Source: Eledone cirrhosa (lineage: Eukaryota). From it: a DNA stretch of 64,000 bases. The position numbers were made by a program, and so were the translations under genes. Under the pieces are notes generated by a model. That model worked only from the letters and a program-made list of their open reading frames with translations. It searched no databases and was not told where the DNA came from. Positions 27,293 through 40,555 of the stretch are shown in pieces (position 1 is the first letter of the stretch; every line of letters starts with the position of its first letter). Location of the stretch: the NCBI GenBank assembly GCA_964016885.1, contig OZ024757.1, forward strand, positions 14,942,001 to 15,006,000. Direction: 5' to 3'.

Positions 27293-28484
27293 TATATATA
27301 TATATATATATCCCACCCTTGCAAACAGAAAAAAGCAAACGTAAAATGAAAATGATGATATATATAGATAGATAGATAGATAGATAGATATGTATATATA
27401 TATATATATTTATACTTATACGTCATGGTGGCTACAGGTGCCAAGAGGAAGAAGCCGGACAATCCTTTGATATTTGTTTATCTTCCTTTCCTTCGTGGGC
27501 CGCGGTACCCGGGTTTGTGGTCGAAGCGACCAAGTTGAAATCGGCCACCGGTGGTTGATATCACCAGGTTAGGAAACCCTGGTTTAGTAGCTCCAGTTAT
27601 TACTTCGTTAGATATAGTCAGTAATTGAAATTAAAGCCACAAACGTTTTTCTATCTATGAATTATTAGTGGTGTAAACAGATGAATTAAAGTCAAAGCTA
27701 ATAAATATATCACCAAGAAGAATATCTAAGGATTTCCAAAGTGTAAAGTCAGCTCAAGCCTGGAGACTTATCAAGCAGGTGCCTGTCCCAGTTCCTGTGG
27801 CGTAAAGGGACTGAGAGTACATGACTTCCCCCTGGACATGATGTTAAACCCCCACCTATGTGAAAGGAAGTTTTTGCTCAAGTCCACAACTAAGAACACA
27901 GTCCAGGAATCTAATACACATATGATCGTAAGACCAACACACTTACCACAAGACCACGGGCCTCCACTATCGAAGGATCTACCCTTCATTAAAGAATAAA
28001 TTAGACTTATGCTTACGTCGCCGACATAATTATGGTCGGAAAGGACATTACTGAAAATAAGGAATGAACAACTAAAAGAAGACAACAGAAACGGTCCCTC
28101 CTATCTGAAATATTAAGGAATCTACACAGGAGGGCCCATCTTCCTACCAAAAGAATTATTTTAACAAGCCTACATCCTACTGAGCCCAAGAAAGGGACAT
28201 CATAACTAGAACAGGCCTCATTTGTCCTAAATACAGAGCTGACTTTACATGTAATTATATATATGTATATATATAGATATAGTATGTGTGTGTGTATGAA
28301 GATGTATGACCCCTAGCAAGCCAAACTGCAGTTACTCCCAACATGGACAGCAAATTAAAACATTACCTATTAGAGACGAACGTGAAATGATTTGTTAGTG
28401 AACTACCGGTGTAACAGTAATTATGTTACCGGTGTAACTATTTCTGTTTACCTTATTTTTAAATCACACTCCTATATTAGTTTA

Positions 28485-29172
28485 GTGACCTTTCAATTCA
28501 AATAAATTCTTGATGATGAGTGAACTCGCATCGGAGTATCCCAACGCCTTGGCCTCCGCGTGTGTGAGCCACATAAATGCTCTCAACGACATAGTGAGAA
28601 GAAGCCTGGACGCAGCTGACTTTCCATCTCAACAGGAGCCAGCAGGCTGAGGCCGCGGAGATGGCAAGCATCCCGAGAGAATCACCCTCTTCCCATTCGA
28701 AGGAGGTAGATCCACAAACCCCGGCATCGCTGCCCGTCTCGCAGAAGAACATAAAATAAACAAATTCCGGGGTTTGTCCTGGCGCTTCTTCATCGCATCA
28801 GCCGCCGTCGAGACCCCAGGCCTACTTGGACCCATTACAGCCGAGCTCCTCCGCAACATCGGAGTGTCTGTGGCCCGTCTGAGGATGGAGTCCCACGAGG
28901 TTGGATGGCTGTTGAAGCAGGTGTCACTGCCCTTACATATATATACGTAAATGTTCCCTTGACTGCTATTTCTAGCATATATTAATAGACACTTTCGAAA
29001 CAGCAGCTAAAAATCAGGAAACAACAGTGTGTGTCTGTATATATATACACAGAGAGAAAAAGAGAGAGAGAGATAGAGAGAGAGCAGCCAAAGACACACA
29101 CACATACACCTAGGTGTATGTCTGTGTGTATGTATATATATTTGTGTGTCTTTGCGTTCTCTCTCTCTCTAT
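28485..29172 (+). mobile_element. Composite repeat carrying a CRE-like endonuclease fragment (copy 2)
   Basis: Collinear and near-identical to 18219-18930. Confidence 0.8.
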
Positions 29173-29446
29173 ATATATTATAGTTACACATAACACAGAC
29201 ACACCCACAAGTATGTTATATATTTTATTTAGTCATTTTCAAATTTTCTTCTCAAAGTTTAGTGTTTATTCGAAATCACAACACCGTACTTGGCTGTACT
29301 GCACTAATGTATTAAATTAAATTTACCATGGGTCATTGATGTGTGTGTGTGTGATACGTGTCGATATCTATCAAAGTTACGCATAGCACACACACACACA
29401 TTGTATGTGTATATATATATAAAACTCGTAGAGCAAATGAATATCA

Positions 29447-29571
29447 GTACAGATTAAAGTTTAAGCAAAGAATGACTGCTTTCACCCTTTTACAGGATCT
29501 TCTGAAACAGTTTCAGAAGATCCCGTAAAATGGAGAAAGCAACGATTCTTTGCTTAAACTTTAATCTGTAC
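29447..29571. repeat. ~125-bp imperfect palindrome; one arm recurs at ~18963-19021
   Basis: GTACAGATTAAAGTTTAAGCAAAGAAT...GAAACAGTTTC...ATTCTTTGCTTAAACTTTAATCTGTAC. Confidence 0.88.
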
Positions 29572-29586
29572 AAATAATGAATATAT

Positions 29587-29636
<50 letters not shown>

Positions 29637-29829
29637 GAGTTTTTTTTTCCAAAGTGAAAAAAAAAAAGACATGTCCTACACGAGTGAAAGTATAATGAAA
29701 AAAGATGAAATCGAAAATGCAGCTGGAGTCTTTTTAAGAATATTTATTGGGTTCCTTTACAGGTTTTGCAGTTCTTATGCTTTTCAAAAGTAGAATGGAG
29801 ATGGAAGGCTTGTGGTTTTTCTCATATTA

Positions 29830-29862
<33 letters not shown>

Positions 29863-30059
29863 AAAGAATAGTAAAAATGAAAAAAACAGTAGAAAATACT
29901 AAAGGGATATTCTCTTAGAATAACATCAAAACATTTATTTACAAAATAGGAATTCCGCATTTAATTTCTGCATTTAATTATACCGGTTTCAGTTTATACG
30001 CTTTTCCAACGACGGAAGTGTTTAATGTAATTAAATTGCTTAATAAATTAATGTTCAGA

Positions 30060-30558
30060 GCCATCCTCAGCATTCTTGTGTAACACCTATCAACCATCTG
30101 ACTCGGTCTCTTGTTCAGTGCCCAAGTTTCAGACCCGTACAGCATCACAGACTCCACTGTAGCGATCTTTACAAAGGTCCGACTGTGTTCCCAATCTTTG
30201 CTCCCAGATACCGGAATTCCTCACAAAATTCTAGCGGCTTCCTGTCTACTTTCATAATTTTCTCTGGCTTCTTAATGTTCTCTACTAGATACTTCGTCTT
30301 ACTCTCATTCATTCTCAGCTCCACAATCATCGACACAGTCTCCACCTCCTGTATCCATCACTGTCTTTGTCACCAGAACTATGTTGTCAGAAAATTCAGC
30401 ATGTAATATATTTTTAGCCATAACACTCCTGCTCTGAGCCAGTGCTACAGTAAAGCCAGATTCCTGGTGTTTCTCCAGTGCCAGGCGCATACAGTAATCT
30501 ACTGCCACAACAAACAGGTCGGGAGCCAATGTATCTCCCCGGAGCACTCCAGCCAGTA

Positions 30559-30560
<2 letters not shown>
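30060..30560 (-). mobile_element. Degenerate RTE-like RT fragment
   Basis: Peptides GVLRGDTLAPDLF, EFSDNIVL (degenerate FADD) and VESVMLYGSETW. Confidence 0.65.
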
Positions 30561-30602
<42 letters not shown>

Positions 30603-31075
30603 CTGAATAAATGTACTAAAAAAGTTTGTGTGTGTAGATAAGTGTACAAACAAAAATAAAACAAGATTGCTTACTAAAGAAAGTATTAAACTATATATAT
30701 ATAGACACACACACATATATATATATATATACATATATAGAGACACACACATATATGTGTGTGTGTATTTTTGAGTGTATGTAAGTTTGTGTGCGTGTTT
30801 GAGTATGCCTGTGTTGTATTGGGTAAGGTGATAGCGGTGATTCTTAAGATGGCAATATTCGGAATGTTGGTGATTTTGGTGGCTTAGTTGACAGTGATGA
30901 TAATGGAGTTGATGAAGGGTTTGATGGGGTCAGTCTTTAAAAAAAAGAGGGCTCATTAGGTTCTTTTGTACTCCTTCACCGTATAAAGCAACACCTCCTT
31001 AGTGACTTAATTAAATCAAAGTCAGCCCTAGCTTGGAAAATAACCCCTTTAATCTCATCAATCCAACCAAATATT

Positions 31076-31458
<383 letters not shown>

Positions 31459-31749
31459 AAATATGAGAATAAACGTGCTGCATGGTTGCTAATGGGTTAC
31501 ATATGAATAAAGTTAGTCTTTCATCAGTGATCTTCCAACCATCATTGGTATTTCATCGCTTTAAAGACCATATACCTCCGGTTGGTGCGAGCAACGGCTA
31601 AAAAAAGTCGTTGGGACACGTAATTTACTGATGAAGGACTAACTTTATTCATATATATATATATATATACGTATATTTATATATATATAAGAGAGTATTG
31701 AAGTTTGCTTGAAGCATTGTGGAACAATAAGTAAATATCTTTAAATCAT

Positions 31750-34511
31750 TTGGAAGCCTCGACAATGCAAATGGGTAAATCTCCGGGTAACAAGGTCCGG
31801 TGGTGGAGAGAGAGATGTAAGTGGGTGTACGTTGAGATGCGTGGTGTGTATAATATGTTTGAGATGTGTAGAATGAAGGGAAGAGTATAAAGGATAAAAT
31901 AAAAACACAAGAGAGAGTTACCTTGGGAGAGATTTAATAGTCCCTATATATTTCGGATTCACATCCATCAACTGGGGTTTTTTCCGGGGTGGGGGAAAAG
32001 GTTGTTTGTCGGACAACTCGGAACACGTCTTTCGCTGTTTGTTGATTTGAATATCTGAGGTATTCGGCAGAGCGCGCGTGCGCGTGAAATGGGGTCGGTC
32101 GTACAGAGGTCAGCGGCCGAATGAGGGAGTGGGATGGCGCTAGCTGTCAGTCCATTCTCTGCCTGTTTGTTAAATGTTACTGCGTGTGTGTGTGCGTGTG
32201 TAGTTGTCTCGCTTGAGTGTGTGTGTGTGTGTGTTGTTGCATTGTTCATCTGTATTGGCAGTGTAGTATGTTCGTATGGTGGAACGCTACTGTGTGTGTG
32301 TGTAGGTGTCTCGTTTGCGTGTGTTGTGTGTTGTTGTATCGCTTGTTAACTTAAACCAGCCATTTCATTTCGCTTCTCTCTGATCGGTTGTTTATTTGCG
32401 GTTGCAGTCGTTTGATAAGATGCCCTTCCTTGATACGTAACGTGCCGACGTTTCTTTCAGTCGCTAGAATTGTGACAATGGGCCTTCCGTCTTTGTTTCC
32501 GCATTTGTCTATGTGTTTCCGGAAAGACGAGGCCCTGGTTTTAGTGTGTTCCTTGATCCGGATGTGCAAAGGTCGAATTGTGCTACCTATGTAGTATTGG
32601 TTGCACCTGTCACATTCTATCTTATACACGACGTATGTGCGTAGGCAACAGTTAGCATGGCGTATCGGGCAGTCTCTGAGGGAGCATGCGTCAGTAGATT
32701 TTTCGGGTTTCCTGGAGAGGCATCTTCGCGGGGAGGGGCCCGAGTGGGCCAGGTGGATGTCGAGGCCCTCCCTCCGTATAGCCTTGCGGATAGCGTTGGT
32801 GGTTTTCTCGCCCAGGTGTGGCATTTTAAGGAAGCACTTGCCTTGGGTGCTTCTCTGTCTCTTGCGTCTGGTGTCTCCTATTCTGTCAGTGATCGAGGTA
32901 GGGTACCCGTTCTTCTCCAGCACCTCGAGGAATTGCTTGGTATGAGTGACACCACTCGTGGGATCGCTGCATCTGTTTTTGATTCGTGCGATCTCGTTCG
33001 TGATGTATCCTCTTTTGGCACTGTTAGGGAGGGCGGACTTGTAGTGAACGAATAGGTCTTCGTTGGGGTGTTCAACACTGAAGTCAATGTTCTCGTCCGT
33101 GTTGTTGAACGTCTCATAGATTCTGTTCGCCGTGTCTTGGGAAGATGTGAGGATGAGGATATCGTCCACGTATCTTCAGAAAAAGGCTACGGCGTTGGGG
33201 TGGCAGGCGTTGAATGCCTTGCGTTCGAGGTTCTCCATGTAGGAGATCGCTAGCACACCTGATAGGCTTGATCCCATGGGCAATCCCGAGGTTTGTTGGT
33301 ATATTTGGTCAAGGAATCCGAAGTAGGTGTTGTCGACGACGATGGATAGGAGTTGGTGGATGTCAGTGGTGGTGAGCCCGAAGCAGTGTAGGTCGGTGGA
33401 TTGGACGCGTTCCATTAGTATATTGACGGCCGGGAGTGCCGGGACCGAGGTGTAGAGAGCGACTACATCAAGGCTGAAGGCGTATCTGTTATTCCTTCTG
33501 GTGTCGGGATCCATTTGATGCAGGCGCTTCAAAACCTCCTCGGAGCTGTCAACGTGTCCCGGCAAGGTGTCTAAGATGGGTTTGAGTATTCTGGCTAGGA
33601 GCCATGAAATTTTGTAGAGTGGTCCCTCCACGCTCGATACAATGGGCCTGATTTTCAGGTCGGGTCCCTGTTTGTGTGTTTTCACGAGGTGGTAGAAGGC
33701 GGGTAGTCTGCTGTTCCTCGTGAGGAGGTTGTAGCTCAGCTTCTTCGGGAGCTTCCGTCGGTCACAGATGTTGGTCCAGGCGGAGTTGATGTGTTCTTCT
33801 ATCTGCGCGGGAGTGATTCCCGTGACCTTGGAGTAGAGGTTGTCATCGTCAAGGTGTTGGAGGGCCAGAGTGTTGTAGGCCTCTCTGCTGATGACGCAGA
33901 ATTCTTTTCCCTTGTCGGAGGGGAGATAGATGAGGTTCTTCGATTTTAGGTTGGAGAGAGTGGTGAGTTGAGATTTGGTGAGGTTATGTGTTGTGCGTGT
34001 GAAGTATATACGAGATTGAGTGTTTTAGCCTGATGAGTTTAGTGTCGAGTTCGTGGTTGGTGGGTGGAGTGGTAAGTGGGGAACTTGGGGTGGGTTGTGT
34101 CGGCGCTGTTGATAGCGGTCACCCATTTAAGTTGGTAAGCGGCTCGACAAAAGTTGGCCTCGATGTTGAGTTTGATTCTGTCGTCGAGACGTTGTGTGAC
34201 GATGAACTTAGGTCCGAGGTGTAGGAGTTTCAGCTCGTCGCTCGTGAGAGTGCCGGTTAGGTCGGTGACCAGGTGCGTCGCATCATTGAGGATGGATGTG
34301 AATCCGAAATATATAGGGACTATTAAATCTCTCCCAAGGTAACTCTCTCTTGTGTTTTTATTTTATCCTTTATACTCTTCCCTTCATTCTACACATCTCA
34401 CACATATTATACACACCACGCATCTCAACGTACACCCACTTACATCTCTCACTCCACCACCAGACCTTGTTACCCGGAGATTTACCCATTTGCATTGTCG
34501 AGGCTTCCAAA
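31750..34511 (-). mobile_element. Penelope-like element (RT plus C-terminal GIY-YIG) with ~220-bp pseudo-LTRs in inverted orientation
   Basis: Motifs SDKG, RPIVS, SLDVVALYTSVP, GLPMGS.LS, RYVDD, a Cys linker and VVYKIEC..C..YYIGST.R.L..RIKEH. 31750-31969 is the reverse complement of 34291-34511. One in-frame TGA and an apparent thumb deletion. Confidence 0.92.
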
Positions 34512-34542
34512 CGACTATTTACATATATATATATATATATAT

Positions 34543-34730
34543 ATATAGATGAGATTCTACAGGACTAGAACCGTTTCATTCTTTAGAAATCATCAGGATT
34601 CCTGATGATTTCTAAAGAATGAAACAGTTCTAGTCCTGTAGAATCTCATCTATATTAAAACTTTTATACTCTGCAATGTATTGAGTACCTTACTTACTGT
34701 GGTTACCTCCGATTCAACCTGGAATAACGT
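34543..34730 (+). ncRNA. PLE pseudo-LTR fragment: type-I hammerhead (34597-34645) folded back as a ~110-bp palindrome
   Basis: GATTC-CTGATGA-tTTC(taaa)GAAt-GAAA-CAG(ttctagtc)CTG-TA-GAATC, with a mirror copy at 34543-34598. The downstream part is homologous to 61700-61775. Confidence 0.8.
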
Positions 34731-34974
34731 ATATATATATGCATGTGTATATATACATGTATATACGTATGTATATATATATATACATGCACACACACAT
34801 GTATGTATATGCAAGCATACATATATGTATATATATATATCTATATAAACAGGCACATATATATATAAAGGGAATGCAATTAGTTACCACAAGGCATTTT
34901 GTTTGACACGCTACCGATGTGGCCAGGTTCCATGACCTCAATAGCGAAAAGAATAACAAACACACACATACTAT

Positions 34975-35445
34975 ATCATCATCATCATCATCATCATCGT
35001 TTAACGTCCATCTTCCACGCTTGCATGGGTTTGGACGGGAATTTTCCCACTTGAGGCAAGATTGATTGTCTTGCTCGTATAGGACTGTCTGGTGGGTTTT
35101 CTATGGCTGGATGCCCTTCCTAACACCAACCACGTTTACAGTGTGGATTGGGAGGTTTTTACCGTGTTACCTACACGGCCACATTACAGCGTGGACTGTG
35201 TGTTTTTTTTGTCGTGACACCTACACGACCTCATTTGTTTCGGACTGGATGTTGTGGTACCAACATAACTTTACATCGAAAGGGGTGGTGTGGGCAGGGT
35301 GGGGGTGGTGGGACGGGGGTGTATTTTTGTTAGAGGTACCTACTTACTGTAGGTTTCGCTTTGTACTTAGGCAAGGCAAGTCTTCTGTATTACTGTGTAG
35401 CACCAAAGATCTCGGTCCAGTGACATTGTCTTGGAGAGGTGTAAG
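34975..35445 (-). mobile_element. RTE-type LINE 3' end with (GAT)n tail
   Basis: Reverse-complement homolog of 5455-5957. Confidence 0.78.
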
Positions 35446-36016
35446 AGTGTGTATATATATATATATATAATATATTAACAAATGGAAACTATATTTATAA
35501 AACCATATTTATTTCATTATACATATTTCAAGGACACCAAAGCAAATTATGGTGCACTTTCATCAGATAAAATATAGATCAGTTTTATAAACAAATATTG
35601 ACATACCCTTAAAGAATGCGACCATGTCCGTTGGAAGCTCCCGGATAGTGAGGTTACTAATTTTATTATTGGTCTATTATGCAAATTAGTGTCGGAGAGG
35701 TTTAAATCCCAGTACATTTAAATTAAGCCGTTGGAATAGGGAAAAAAGAAAGAGAAAGAGTAAGAGAGAAAACCCTAAGTGAGTGTTGTATTAACGTAAT
35801 TTATGAGATGATGAAACGAAAAAATAAATATATAGTGGATGAATTACGCAGAGTAAATAAATAAATAATAATAACCGGAGAATTTTATCTAATGTTTAAA
35901 TTTGATTAAATGTTTAATTTATCAATTAAATATGTCAGTTAAATTATTGAGATCTATATATTATTAAAAGAATATATATACATATATATATATATATATA
36001 TTTATTGTATAGAAGG

Positions 36017-36067
36017 AGCTTCTACAGGACTAGTACTGTTTCATTCAGATGAAATCTTCAGGAAGCT
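36017..36067 (-). ncRNA. Type-I hammerhead ribozyme in a PLE 3' pseudo-LTR
   Basis: AGCTTC-CTGAAGA-tTTC(atct)GAAt-GAAA-CAG(tactagtc)CTG-TA-GAAGCT: 6-bp stem I and GUA cleavage site. Confidence 0.82.
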
Positions 36068-36753
36068 GGGTGTCATATTAAGTTCTGGTATTTATACATT
36101 TAGGTAGTGGTAAGGGAGGGGTGGTATTTAGATACACAGGACCACAACAAGGCACAGACCATTTTTTTCTTTGGGGAGTGGTCAATTAGCCAGAGTGCTT
36201 TTGTAAAATAAAAGGAAAAGAAGAAGAAAAAGTAAGTAAATAAATAAATAAATAAATGAATAAATAGATAAATGAACAAATAAATAAAAATAAATAAAAA
36301 CCCCAAGAATAGTAATTCAACAGATGTATAGTAGGGAAATTTTTTTAGGTGGGTTGGTATTAGAAGATAAACAAGGCCGAATCATGGCACAGTCCATTGT
36401 TCTGATGTGAGTGGTCAAGCTAACATACAAGCTACAGGTGGCCAGAGTGTTTTTGTAGAATGGAAAGAATAAAATATATTTACATACTCACAACCACATA
36501 CATAGACACTTACATACACATATACATACATATATATATATATACACACACACACAAAAAAGCACATACACACACACGCATACACACTTATATACATATC
36601 TACATATATATATGTATATATAAAGGAGAAAATTGAGAGTGTGTAACACTCAACTTATCAGATAGGCAGTATATGGTTAGCTCAATGTCTGAAGACAGAG
36701 CCGTAATACAATTAACAACAAAGAGCGCTTAGAACATAGGTATATCTTTAATT

Positions 36754-36797
36754 GCTGACAATGTTTCGTCCACACTAAAAGTGGAACTCTTCAGAGC
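36754..36797 (-). ncRNA. Type-I hammerhead ribozyme (probable 3' pseudo-LTR of the PLE split by the Tx1 pair)
   Basis: GCT-CTGAAGA-GtTCCAC(ttttagt)GTGGAC-GAAA-CA(t)TG-TC-AGC, with a GUC site. Confidence 0.72.
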
Positions 36798-38596
36798 TTA
36801 AAGAGTAGATACAGAGTATAGAAGCATTAACAAATCCAAAACAGAAGAATATAATGTGGGGATATCATAAGGTGGGAGGAATTTAAAGTATTGTTCATGT
36901 ACAAGATAAGGATTAACGAATAAAAAAAAATAAATAAATAAAAAAAATAAAATAAAAAATAAAAAAAAATAAAAAACAAAAATAAAAAATAAAAAATAAA
37001 AAATAAAAAATAAAAAATAAAAAATAAATAAAAAATAAAAAATAAAATCAAGCAAAAGATAGTGAATATGAGGAATATACTAATACTAATAAGGATACGG
37101 ATCTAAAATGTTATCACTCACAGTTGGGTAGGGTTATATTATGACCGGCAATCATGGAAGCAATGATGTGATTGGTTAACACACAGCTACGTATGCATAC
37201 ACTCACATAAAAGTATACGTATAAGCATGAGCACCCGCATGCACCTACACGCAAGCACCCATATGCAATACAGAAAGTATACACTAATACAAATAACATA
37301 TCAAAAACGGATGGGTACATACTCCATACTGTGACAAAATATAGCAATAACAGTAGAAACGATGACATATAACATGGAGGAGTACAATATAAAGAAATAT
37401 AATAAATTATAAAAACGTATAAAAATATGGGAACATAAGGACATATAACGGAAGGAACATACATGGTAGGAAACACGTAAGGAGTACACCGTAATAGATG
37501 AGAAATAAACAATAAAGGAATAAGAATATAAAAAGTATAAAATGCATGGTAAAAAAATTTTTTTTTTTAAAAGAAGTTAAGAGATAAAAATAGATAAAAA
37601 CTAGATAAAAAATAAAGTAAAATATACGCCATAAAGGAAGGTGTGAATAAAGATGAAACTGGCAAAGGTATAAGTTATCAAGCTATGTGCAACAAGTGAT
37701 ATACGTAAAATATATAAAATATATAAAGGAACATATATATAAGGATATATATATATATATATCAGTCAAAATAATACATATTTATAAAAATAACTGGGGG
37801 TAAATAAGGTAATAAGGATAATAAGGATGATAATGAAGGCATGTAATAATAATAGTAGTATAGGTGCTAGTTTCCTAATATTGGAAATAATGTCAGTAAA
37901 TTGAGTTAATAAAATAAAAATAAAAATTTTGTTAAATACTAATATAAAGTACTCATAATGTTTTAAGAAAATTTAGAAATTATAAGGTGATACTAATATT
38001 GATTCATGGTGATATAAGGAATATATCAGGAATACAAGAAAATTTTAGGTGTTGCAATTAGCAGCAGTCCAACAATAGAGTGAGACCTTTATAAACAGAT
38101 GCGATGTCCACACTAGATGAGTGGACTATTACAATATAATGGAAACATCCTAGGTTAGACAATCCCAAAAGTTCATACTTCAAAGTTCAATCCGCAGATG
38201 TGCATTCATAAAGTTAAGCACTCAGGCAAAAATTATTGGTTGACAAGATGTATCCATAAACATATCTCAAGCAGGAACATATGCTGGGAAGGTTGCAGGC
38301 AAATTCTTATATAGCAATGCGAACATCAAAAGGCAAACAATTGAGGTGCATAGTGAATAAAAGCAGGCAAAAGCAGATGGTTCAATACGGTGAGGTGAAG
38401 CAGGTTATTATTATGCATACCACTTAATATAAAATACTAAATACAAAATACAAGTGGGAAATTTAACACTCAACAACGTGCATAGCAAATAGCTTTCAAA
38501 GCCGATAACCTCTCAAAATCACAACACTGAGTAACGTCGCTGGCATCACAAGAATATAGATAGAAGGCACGCAACAATAGGGTTAGCCCAGAGACA

Positions 38597-38651
<55 letters not shown>

Positions 38652-39565
38652 CATACACATACACACACATACACACATAACAGCGGTCACCCAAATTTAC
38701 GCGGATATAGTGCACAAAGTGTCTTACCCAGCTATCAAAAGTCATAAACCCATAACAGGTGTTTTCACTGGTCACAGATAATATAGTTTCACAGTAATAG
38801 AGGAACAACAACCAATAGGAGTAATTAACCAGAGTAATCACGATTAAACTTAAAATTAAACCCTATGAGAAGATAAGTATTCACACGTGTAGTCACCAGA
38901 TTCAAGTATAAACAAACCGTTAATAAATACGGAAGGTTATCAGGGCCAAGACGTTATTATTGGGAGAATACACACAGAGCGTCAATCTACGGAAGGCTAA
39001 CTGTGCCAAAAACACAACACCAGGCAAAAACACCACAAAATCAGCATGTAAACTGTGGACCGCAGAGTAGGAGGGTAACACATACATGTACACCATAACT
39101 ACTGCCCACGGCGAGATGGCACAGGTCAGCCCACAGTGACTGGCTAAATCACCGTCCAATATGGGCACAGGCCCATTGGTTTACTCAGAGTCAACAAAAG
39201 TAATTTAAATAAAAGGTGAGGGGCTGGCCAAATATAATCAAATGTGCATCTTATAACGCAGTACACACTTTACATAGATGTAATACATCACAACTCATGA
39301 GTATATAAAGGTACAAATCAACTCAATACACGTTCGGATAGACCCCCAGTGCACAACACACACACTGTGGCTGGGCAAGTATGGATGGGTCACATCCACT
39401 GGACCGAACAGGGCTGCTTATCAACATATACACCAACTCCCATATACCCCTCGATATCAAAATTCCATATTCCCATGCAGGCATACATATACACACAGAT
39501 TCATACACAAACAAACAATATGAGACAATTACACTAGATTACCCAACTGGAGAATTCTGAAAGTG

Positions 39566-40343
39566 TTAGCTAATAGGCTTAAAATAAAAGAAAGAGCTTA
39601 ATATCTGTTGGGGGCAAGAAGAAAATATTTCTGACTTTCTATTAAGCAGGGAGCACTTGGCGAATATAATAGAGTGGGATTCCATAAGGCAAAGGTTACA
39701 TACTCTATTATGAGGAGTATAGGGATGGGATTTAGCAACTTGCCGCCAAGTGAGGGTGTACTGTGTTCGTGCATTTTTTAAATTGTGGACGTGCGCTGCC
39801 AAGGAAGTAGAATTCTTAAGTTTATTATGTCTAAATGTACACTGGTGAGAGTTGAATCTGGTTTTAAAAGGTGGAAGTTGATCCAATATAAGTTTTAGTG
39901 GATGCAGTAGTTACCACATCACACGCATAAACTATGTTTCTAGTAAGGCAGAAACCATTCAGGGGGCAGCTTGAAGCCCTTCTACAGTTACAGTTTCTGG
40001 TGATGCTATTATCTAAATGATAACTAGCTTGCTGACTACGGGTATTCAAGCTATCACTGCCGACGTCAGTGCTTTCTCCTAGGCGTAAGGTGTCCAGGCC
40101 TTCCTTAATTTTCTTATTATTAGTATTGGCTAGATGAGAGGCCAGATTTTGGGTTGTAGAATACGAAAGTTTAACCACATTCATATTAAGGATAGAATGG
40201 TACTTATTACCAGGAGGGAAGTTCCTTTCCAACATAGAGAAGAAGGCCCTAGGAATATTCGTAGCTACTTCAGAGTTAAATGGGGGGTTAAAATATGTAT
40301 TCAATCTTCTATTCTTTTTATTTTTATTATTATTATTATTATT
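39566..40343 (-). mobile_element. Penelope-like element, C-terminal half (linker, CxC Zn finger, GIY-YIG endonuclease), frameshifted
   Basis: Peptide YFNPPF...KLSYSTT...CNC...CPLNGFCL..NIVY...YIGST..FKTRFNSH...CNLCLME. Confidence 0.88.
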
Positions 40344-40555
40344 GACGAAAGTGGATGTACGTTTTTTGAAGCTCCGTGAGTAAGCAATTTTTTGAGGATT
40401 AATTGTGGAGAATTGTTTATTTTTTTGTACCGCTGAAGCATTATAAGACATTCATTTGTATCCTGTGAAGGAATAACTCATAATATTTGGACCTTTTGGC
40501 CCAAATATTTGAACTTTATTTTGGAAAAATAATAATTTTTTTTTCTCAAAAAAAC

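Noticed and set aside
27420-28230. Coding-like stretch with an AQAWRLIKQ peptide reminiscent of Tx1 ORF1 (AQAWKIINQ)
   Set aside because: The match is too short and the frames are broken. It cannot be assigned without a search.
33176-33178. In-frame TGA just before RYVDD in a PLE as a possible selenocysteine codon
   Set aside because: It is a single TGA in a copy that also has a thumb deletion, easily explained by point mutation. Known selenoprotein PLEs (Naiads) have an N-terminal endonuclease, and I recognised no SECIS. Revisit only if the TGA is in the family consensus.
40344-40451. N-terminus of ORF 39864..40451 as PLE coding sequence; also both ends of ORF 51847..53430
   Set aside because: These parts are the antisense of the Tx1 5' UTR or 3' UTR, or microsatellite. 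The PLE frame is valid only between the junctions.
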